From positions 1 to 63,392 of the forward strand of contig CAYNLB010000006.1 in NCBI GenBank assembly GCA_964397935.1: 63,392 nt of DNA, given 5' to 3'. Origin of the DNA: an uncultured Mycobacterium sp. (lineage in GTDB: Bacteria; Actinomycetota; Actinomycetes; Mycobacteriales; Mycobacteriaceae). Made by a program: the position numbers and the translations under genes. The notes below the pieces were generated by a model, which worked only from the letters and a program-made list of their open reading frames with translations, did not search any database and was not told where the DNA came from. Position 1 is the first letter of the stretch; the number at the start of each line of letters is the position of its first letter. This document shows, one piece after another, positions 57,247 through 63,392 of the stretch.

Positions 57247-57265
57247 AACTGTAAGGCATACGGCA
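57247..57265. promoter_or_regulatory. Putative 19-bp cluster operator, copy 8 (AACTGTAA-GGC-ATACGGCA)
   Basis: Halves match 7/8 and 5/8; lies upstream of the phosphotransferase. Confidence 0.5.
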
Positions 57266-57289
57266 AGCGTCCCGATCAATAGCCGTAAT

Positions 57290-59029
57290 TTAGTCGGCCT
57301 GGATCCGCCATTCGGCGGCCTCGTGCTGCTGCCGCCAGAATTCGTCGAAACGTCCACCTGTGGCGAGTAATTCGTCGACCGGCCCGTCCTCGATCACTCG
57401 GCCGCCGTCCAGGAAGAGAACGCGGTCGGCGTGGCGGATGCTGGTTAACCGATGCGCGACGATGACCTGGGTTCGCGATTGCGGGTCGGCGGTGAGCGCG
57501 TCGACCACCGCGGCCTCGTTCTCGGTGTCCAGAGCGCTGGTCGCCTCGTCTACCAGCAGTATCGGCGCGGGCTTGAGCAACGCACGCGCGATGCTGACCC
57601 GTTGGCGTTCGCCCCCCGACAGCGCCGAGCCTGCCTCGCCGACCACCGCGTCGACACCGTCCGGCAGCCGGTCGATGAGTTCCTCGACTCGCGCCAGCGC
57701 CACAGCGCGGGTGAACCGCTCGTCGCCGGCGTCGGGATCTCCGGCGAACACGTTGTCGCGGATGGTCCCGTGGAAGAGGTAGGGATGCTGGAACACGACA
57801 CTGGTCGTCGCCCGCCGAGCCTCGACGTCCAGCGTCGCGGCGTCGACGCCGTCGATCAGCACGCGGCCCCGAGTGGGCTCGTGCAGGCCGGCGATCAGCG
57901 CCAGGATGGTGCTCTTACCGGAGCCAGACGGTCCGACGACCGCCGTCGTGCTCCCCGGTGCCAATGAGAAACTCACGCCGTCCAGCACCGGCGTGTCCGC
58001 GCCGTGGTAGCAGAACACGACATCGTCGAACTCGATACCGGGCGCCGCAGCGTCGTCGGCCAGCGCGGCGGCTCCGGCATTCGTGAGTGGCGCGGTCAGC
58101 ACGGATCGGATGCGGTCGAGCGTGGCACGGGTGCTTTCGAGGGCCGGGGCGAGCTCGCTGATCGTGGTGAACGGCTCCAGATAGCGGACGATCACGACGA
58201 TCAACGCGATGGCCTCGGCCACGGTGAGTGTTCCGTTGACCGTCAGCGCCGTGGTCGCCCCGGCCAGCAGGATGAGGGCCAGCTGGCTGGCAAGGCTGAA
58301 CAACAGCTGGCCCGGTACCTGCATGGCGAGCAACCGCATCGTCGCGCCGTGCTGTGCGGCCAGCGAATCGCCGACCAGGCTGCGCGTCGGTTCGACGCGC
58401 CGCGCGGCCCGCAACGCCTGCTGGGTCCGGGCGAACTCGATGATCCGCTCGGTGAGCGCGCTGTTGGCTTCGCCCGCAGCGGTATCGGCGCGGCGCGTCA
58501 GCCGCGCCGAAGCCCATAGCCCACCCAGGAGTAGCGGCACGCCGCCCAGGGCGGCCGCGCCGAGCTGCCAGGAGACTCCCACCAGCGCCAGCGCAATGGC
58601 CGCCGGCAACAGAACGGCTGAGATCAACGGCGTCAGCAGGTTGACGACCAGGCCGACTAGTTCTGGCCCGGTGGCTGCGATCGCCTGCCGTGCCGTCGCG
58701 GTCTGCTCGGCGGTGAGCCAATCCAGCCGCACCCCGGGCAACCGGTCCGCGACGTCATGCTGGGTGTGGTCCAGCACGGCGAAACCCAGATCGAAGCCGA
58801 TGCGCGCGGTCGCGGTGTCGATCACCCACCCGATCACGGTGGCGGCCGTGAGCCAGCCCAGCCAGACCAGCGCGCGGTGCGGGTTGTGGCTGAACAACGA
58901 CCCCACCAGCGGGACGAGCAGAACGGTGGCGGCCGCCCGCACCACCACGGAGATCAGCGCGAGCGCGGTGTAGGCAACGACTTTCGCGCGTCGGTCCGGC
59001 GGGACAAGGCTCAACCAGGTGCGGATCAT
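57290..59029 (-). CDS. irtB: Siderophore ABC transporter subunit IrtB
   Basis: TMD plus NBD ([24 protein letters not shown]); start MIRTW overlaps the irtA stop (ATGA). Confidence 0.9.
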   Translation of the reverse strand: MIRTWLSLVPPDRRAKVVAYTALALISVVVRAAATVLLVPLVGSLFSHNPHRALVWLGWLTAATVIGWVIDTATARIGFDLGFAVLDHTQHDVADRLPGVRLDWLTAEQTATARQAIAATGPELVGLVVNLLTPLISAVLLPAAIALALVGVSWQLGAAALGGVPLLLGGLWASARLTRRADTAAGEANSALTERIIEFARTQQALRAARRVEPTRSLVGDSLAAQHGATMRLLAMQVPGQLLFSLASQLALILLAGATTALTVNGTLTVAEAIALIVVIVRYLEPFTTISELAPALESTRATLDRIRSVLTAPLTNAGAAALADDAAAPGIEFDDVVFCYHGADTPVLDGVSFSLAPGSTTAVVGPSGSGKSTILALIAGLHEPTRGRVLIDGVDAATLDVEARRATTSVVFQHPYLFHGTIRDNVFAGDPDAGDERFTRAVALARVEELIDRLPDGVDAVVGEAGSALSGGERQRVSIARALLKPAPILLVDEATSALDTENEAAVVDALTADPQSRTQVIVAHRLTSIRHADRVLFLDGGRVIEDGPVDELLATGGRFDEFWRQQHEAAEWRIQAD

Positions 59030-61644
59030 CGCGCCCCCTCGCGGGCCCCAAAAGCCATCGAGGCCGCCAGTGGGTCGCGACGGCCGCCCTCCCACAGCCG
59101 CCGGTACCGTCCGTCGACGGCCAGCAACTCGTCGTGCGTGCCACGTTCGGCGATCCGGCCGTGGTCGAGCACAACGATCTGGTGCGCTCGAGTCACGGTG
59201 TGCAATCGATGCGCGATCACCAGCACGGTGCGATCCCGGGTCAGCCGGTTGAGCGCCTGCTGCACAAGGTATTCCGATTCCGGGTCGGCGAAAGCCGTTG
59301 CCTCGTCCAGGATCAGGACCGGGGTGCCGGCCAGGACCGCGCGGGCGATGGTGAGCCGCTGGCGTTCCCCGCCCGAAAGCCCGCTGCCCGCACCCAACAT
59401 GGTGTCGTAGCCGTCCGGCAGTCGCATGATGCGGTCGTGGATTTGCGCCGCACGTGCTGCGTCCTGGACCTGTGCCGCGGTGGCATCGGGAACGGCCAGC
59501 GCGATGTTCTGCGCGACCGTGCCGTGCACGAGCTGCGTTTCCTGCAGGACGAAACCGACTTGCGCGTAGAGTTCGTCGGCGGTCATCGACCGTATGTCTT
59601 GTCCCCCGACGCGTATCGCGCCCGACTCGACGTCGTGGAACCGGGCCAGCAGGGCGGCCAGCGTCGACTTCCCGGATCCCGACGGTCCGACGAGCGCGGT
59701 GACGGTTCCGGGTCGCAACCTCAACGACACGTCCTGAATCACCGGAACGCCGGGGCGGTAGCCGAAGCTGACGCCGTCGAATACCACCGTGGCCGGCACA
59801 TCGCCGGCGGCTTGGCCGTTGTCGTGCACGGTGAGTTCCGGCTCGTCGAGAGTGTTCTGCAGGCGCCGGGCCGCCAGCATGCCGGCGCGGATACCGCCGA
59901 GTCCGTAGGCGATACCGAGCAGGCGGGCGCCGAACGTGGTGCCCAGCAACAGAAATGGCAGCAGATTCACCGGGTCCATCCGTCCGGTGACGATCAGCAG
60001 GGTGCCGGTGAGCGCAATGAGCCAGAGGAACGTGGCGGGACGGGTCACCAGGTCCATCAGGGTCTTCTTGCCGGCCAGTGGACGCTGCCAGGTGACGAGG
60101 AATCCGATGTACTCGTCCAGGCGCCGCCGGAAACTCGATGCGGCGGCACCGCCGAAGACGCGAATCACCGGCTGGCCCTCCAGGTAGGCGCCGGCTTCGT
60201 CGCTCATCTTCTCTGCCCAGCGCTGCGATTGCGGGATCCGCGGGCCCGACTGAATCGTGATCGATGACGTCAGCATCAGGTAGACCAAGACGGGCACGAA
60301 CAAGACCAGTGCCACGCGCCAGTCGACGACGAACAGATAGACCAGCACCGCCACCGGGGCGACGACCGCGGCGACCGCGTCCGGGATGGCATGAGTGACC
60401 AGATAGTGCAATGACAGGGTGTCGTCGGCCAGCAGCTGCTTGATCGAGCCCGACCCGCGCGCGGTGAACCAGCCCAGCGGCAACCGGGACAGCTTGCGCA
60501 ACAGTCGCGTTCGCAGGTCGCGGGCAAACCGCGCGTCGACCACGTGCAGCCATAGCGTGAGCGCGGCACCGAGCACGGTGCCCACGGCCAGCAGCGCAAC
60601 CGCAGCGGTCCCGACCGCCCACAGCCGGGACGCCGGTGCCCCGGACACCAGCAGCCGGGCCAGCTCGACCAGCAGCACGAAGGGTGCCAGCTGCAGCAGG
60701 GTAATGACGGCCTGCAGCACGCCGGAGAGAACCAGTGCCGACCGCAACGGCGCGAGCAACCGGCCGGCGGCCTGGGCGCGCCAACTGCCGCGGGACGCCG
60801 GGGTCGGCGCTTTTTCGGCCGCCAATCCTTGTTGCGTGGCAATGACTTTGGGAGTGCTCGCAGTTGGCGAGGCGCTGTCGGTGGTGTCCGGCTCGTCACC
60901 GCGGCGAGTGCCCATCGCACGCCCGGCGCTCCAATAGGCTTGGGCGTGTATCTCGGACTTGGGGAAGCCGAACTCATCCCGCAGCCGCGTTCGCACCTGC
61001 TTGAGGGTCGTGGCCTCCGGCGTCGCCCACGCGTACCAGTTGGACCAGTCCCGGCTCTCGATGGCAGCGGCCAGGGATTTCTCGTCGCGGCGGGCGACCC
61101 AATGCACTCGCAGCCGAGGATGCTGTGCGAGCGGGATCAGCGCGTCGTTGTCATCGTGCTGTTCCAGGTACATCTCGATCGGGACGTCGTCGGGGACCAC
61201 TCCGATGATCCCGTTCATCCCCGGGATCGACGCGGAGTCACCGACCAGCAGATAACCCGCCGGCTGCTCCTCGGGGACGTCGAAACGTGACGAGCCCATC
61301 AGCGCCATGACCGCGATCGTGGCGCCGGGCGCCACGGTGCGTGCCCACGACGACGCCGGGCCGGCCGGATCGTGCAGCACGATGTCGACCGCGAAGCGAC
61401 CGGCGGGGACGTCCGCCTCGGAGATCGTGTAAGCGCGCTGGAACTCGGTACTGGATCCCTCCGGGTCCGGGAACCAGAACCGCAGCCAGGCTGCGGGTTC
61501 GGCGTCCACGTCTTCGAACAGGGTCGACGACGCCATCCGCACCCGTACGAAATGCGGTGCGATGCGGACGGTTTCGATCACCGTCGCGACGTGGTCGCGA
61601 GCGCCGAAACTTCGCAACATCACACCGTGGAAGCCGCGTGCCAT
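59026..61644 (-). CDS. irtA: Siderophore ABC transporter subunit IrtA
   Basis: N-terminal siderophore-interaction domain (WLRFWFP, FQRAYT, AQAYW) plus TMD and NBD. Confidence 0.93.
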   Translation of the reverse strand: MARGFHGVMLRSFGARDHVATVIETVRIAPHFVRVRMASSTLFEDVDAEPAAWLRFWFPDPEGSSTEFQRAYTISEADVPAGRFAVDIVLHDPAGPASSWARTVAPGATIAVMALMGSSRFDVPEEQPAGYLLVGDSASIPGMNGIIGVVPDDVPIEMYLEQHDDNDALIPLAQHPRLRVHWVARRDEKSLAAAIESRDWSNWYAWATPEATTLKQVRTRLRDEFGFPKSEIHAQAYWSAGRAMGTRRGDEPDTTDSASPTASTPKVIATQQGLAAEKAPTPASRGSWRAQAAGRLLAPLRSALVLSGVLQAVITLLQLAPFVLLVELARLLVSGAPASRLWAVGTAAVALLAVGTVLGAALTLWLHVVDARFARDLRTRLLRKLSRLPLGWFTARGSGSIKQLLADDTLSLHYLVTHAIPDAVAAVVAPVAVLVYLFVVDWRVALVLFVPVLVYLMLTSSITIQSGPRIPQSQRWAEKMSDEAGAYLEGQPVIRVFGGAAASSFRRRLDEYIGFLVTWQRPLAGKKTLMDLVTRPATFLWLIALTGTLLIVTGRMDPVNLLPFLLLGTTFGARLLGIAYGLGGIRAGMLAARRLQNTLDEPELTVHDNGQAAGDVPATVVFDGVSFGYRPGVPVIQDVSLRLRPGTVTALVGPSGSGKSTLAALLARFHDVESGAIRVGGQDIRSMTADELYAQVGFVLQETQLVHGTVAQNIALAVPDATAAQVQDAARAAQIHDRIMRLPDGYDTMLGAGSGLSGGERQRLTIARAVLAGTPVLILDEATAFADPESEYLVQQALNRLTRDRTVLVIAHRLHTVTRAHQIVVLDHGRIAERGTHDELLAVDGRYRRLWEGGRRDPLAASMAFGAREGAR

Positions 61645-62357
61645 CAGCGGTCCTTTCCCGCGGCGCCGAACGCCGCGACGACCTCGCCGATCGGACGACC
61701 CGGCGCAATCACCGCCACCAGGCCCCGGATAGACGCGGCCAGCAACAGCCGCACGAACTGGGAACTCGATACCTGCGGCAACCCCGCGTGGGCGGTGCCC
61801 AGCCGCGGATCACCCGCCAGCCGGTCGGCGACGGCGTCGCGTTCCTCCGCGAAACCCCTGGCCCGACCGCCGCCCGTTGCGCTGGCGTTGCTCTCCTCGC
61901 GAGCCGCCAGGCTGATCGCCACGGTGGCTACCGCGCTGCTCAACACCATGGCCGCCTCCGCGGAATACCCGCGCCGGCTCAGCGCTTCGACCTCCGCGGC
62001 CAGTAGCCGCGTACCCGCGTCGCCGCGCGGAAACAGCACTTGCAGGTACGACGCCAGCCCGGGGTGCTCGGCCGCGAAGTCCAACAGCTGCAACCCGAAC
62101 GACAGCAGGTGCCCTTCGGTATCCGCGCCGGGGTCATCGCGAAGGTCGAGTTCGGCGAGCAGGCTTTCGCCGACCAGCCGCTCGAGTTCCCACCTGCCGT
62201 CGACATGCCGATACAGGGCGGTTGCCGAAACCCCGAGCCGTGCCGCGACTGCGTTGATGCTCAGCCGCCGCATACCCAACTCGCGCCCGACCCGGACGAC
62301 GTCGTCCAGCGCGATGAGCCGAGGCCGCCCGCCCTGACGGGACGCAACGGTTTGCAT
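61644..62357 (-). CDS. TetR-family regulator, coupled to irtA
   Basis: [26 protein letters not shown]; TGATG overlap with irtA. Confidence 0.88.
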   Translation of the reverse strand: MQTVASRQGGRPRLIALDDVVRVGRELGMRRLSINAVAARLGVSATALYRHVDGRWELERLVGESLLAELDLRDDPGADTEGHLLSFGLQLLDFAAEHPGLASYLQVLFPRGDAGTRLLAAEVEALSRRGYSAEAAMVLSSAVATVAISLAAREESNASATGGGRARGFAEERDAVADRLAGDPRLGTAHAGLPQVSSSQFVRLLLAASIRGLVAVIAPGRPIGEVVAAFGAAGKDR

Positions 62358-62397
62358 GGGGTAGCACACTCCGATTCGGTAAGTTACCCCCACAAAC

Positions 62398-62416
62398 TAA
62401 GGGTTGCCTTACCAGA
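62398..62416. promoter_or_regulatory. IdeR (iron) box
   Basis: TAAGGGTTGCCTTACCAGA matches TWAGGTWAGSCTWACCTWA at 15/19; lies upstream of TetR-irtAB. Confidence 0.7.
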
Positions 62417-62454
62417 GGTCAAATCCGGGTGCGTCGGTCGGTAGCCTGGGCCGG

Positions 62455-62892
62455 GTGAACGGTGGAACGCAGAGTCAGTCGCCGGCTCCGGTGCTGCTCT
62501 ACGACGGCGTCTGCGGTATCTGCAACCGGGCGGTGCGGACCGTCCTCCGGTTCGATCCGGACGGCTCTCTGCGCTTTGCGGCCCTGGACAGTGACTTCGC
62601 GCGCGCGATCATCGATCGGCACCCGGCCATCCACGACGTCGACTCCGTGGTGTTCGTCGATGAGCCCGGGCGGCCGACGGAACGGGTCGCTGTCCGATCC
62701 GCGGCCGCGTTGCGCGTGGTGGATTATCTCGGCGGCCCGTGGAAGCTGCTCAAGGTCTCCCGCATCATCCCCGTTCCGCTTCGCGACTGGCTCTACGACA
62801 GGATCGCTGACGTTCGCTACCGGATCTTTGGCAAGTACGAGAGTTGTCCGCTGCCCCCGCCGGAGGTTCGCGCCCGGTTCGTGGACAGCTGA
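62455..62892 (+). CDS. DCC1-like thiol-disulfide oxidoreductase (DUF393)
   Basis: LLYDGVCGIC (DxxCxxC), LRFAAL, RDWLY..IA..RY.IFG; TAGCCT 7 nt before GTG suggests a leaderless transcript. Confidence 0.88.
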   Translation: MNGGTQSQSPAPVLLYDGVCGICNRAVRTVLRFDPDGSLRFAALDSDFARAIIDRHPAIHDVDSVVFVDEPGRPTERVAVRSAAALRVVDYLGGPWKLLKVSRIIPVPLRDWLYDRIADVRYRIFGKYESCPLPPPEVRARFVDS

Positions 62893-62908
62893 GCGCTATC
62901 GAGCGGTG

Positions 62909-63223
62909 CTACCGATCGAGGTCGGCCGCGGACTCTTTCCGCTTCAGCTCGGCTAGCTTGCGGTCGCCGGCCGCAGCCTCGCGATGGCGGCTCGCCGATT
63001 CCCGGTGCACACCTATATCCGGTGCGCCGTGTTCGACGGTTCGGTCTTGGACTTGTGCAACCTTGTCGTGCCGACGCGCGGATTCCTCGAAGCTCCCGGC
63101 AGCCGAGAAATCGGCACTTGCGGCACGTTCGCCGGCCTCCGCCGCTCGGCGTTCCGCAAGTTCCACATCGGCTGCAGAGACGGCTTCCTCGCCGGGCGAT
63201 GGCGGCTGGTGTCCGGCGGCCAT
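62909..63223 (-). CDS. Hypothetical Ala/charged-rich small protein
   Basis: 104-aa ORF with an AAGGGAG RBS that fills the gap before the tRNA. Confidence 0.6.
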   Translation of the reverse strand: MAAGHQPPSPGEEAVSAADVELAERRAAEAGERAASADFSAAGSFEESARRHDKVAQVQDRTVEHGAPDIGVHRESASRHREAAAGDRKLAELKRKESAADLDR

Positions 63224-63338
63224 GGCGTCTCCCTTGTGTCCCGTGCGGTCCACGTATCCCGCAGAAGGCGTTTGACGCCCGTACCGCCCATCGTTTCGCG
63301 CACCTGGCTGACGCCTGCCATGATGGCGTTCCCAAGAG

Positions 63339-63392
63339 TGCGGGCGGAGGGACTCGAACCCTCAAGCTCTCACGAGCACCGGCACCTAAAAC
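63339..63392 (-). tRNA. leuW: tRNA-Leu (anticodon TAG), 3' part only
   Basis: Reverse complement GTTTTAGGTGCCGGTGCTCGTGAGAGCTTGAGGGTTCGAGTCCCTCCGCCCGCA shows the TAG anticodon loop, a long variable arm, the GGTTCGA T-arm and the acceptor strand; CCA is not encoded. Confidence 0.92.

Noticed and set aside
57290-60784. 1164-aa 'extended IrtB'
   Set aside because: The extension is an alternative frame inside irtA; the real start is ATG 59029.
62375-62393. Second IdeR box (TTCGGTAAGTTACCCCCAC)
   Set aside because: The right half matches the consensus too poorly.
63339-63392. tRNA-Leu as the attachment site of an integrated island covering the cluster
   Set aside because: I saw no integrase or transposase and no duplicate of the tRNA 3' end, composition looks uniform, and core-like anchor genes are interspersed. 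This was checked by eye only.

Overview
High-GC mycobacterial chromosomal DNA, probably from a non-tuberculous Mycobacterium (inferred from protein families and gene order). It runs from a 5'-truncated PAS-PP2C-HATPase-STAS sigma-factor regulator (Rv1364c-like) to a partial tRNA-Leu(TAG). Most of it (about 1.7-57 kb) is a large lipid/steroid-type catabolic region: three P450s, a Rieske oxygenase, a Baeyer-Villiger monooxygenase, two F420-dependent LLM enzymes, six acyl-CoA dehydrogenases, five acyl-CoA synthetases plus a fatty acyl-AMP ligase, five crotonases, two CoA transferases, two thiolases, two amidohydrolases, several SDRs, and TetR and GntR regulators. A TetR-irtA-irtB iron-uptake operon follows. 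The main unannotated signal is a 19-bp symmetric motif (best copy TACTGTAA-GAA-TTACAGTA) in eight intergenic regions from 4.2 to 57.3 kb, including the divergent promoter of the Rv1353c-like TetR. This suggests one large regulon for an unidentified substrate. Other signals: DosR-, CRP-, IdeR- and SigF-like sites; enzymes with altered catalytic residues; three genes eroded by deletions; two ATGA-coupled mini-ORFs; an unannotated 53-codon ORF; and a mesaconyl-CoA transferase (Mct)-like sub-cluster. I saw no transposase, prophage or CRISPR array. All family assignments come from motif recognition and recall, not database searches.
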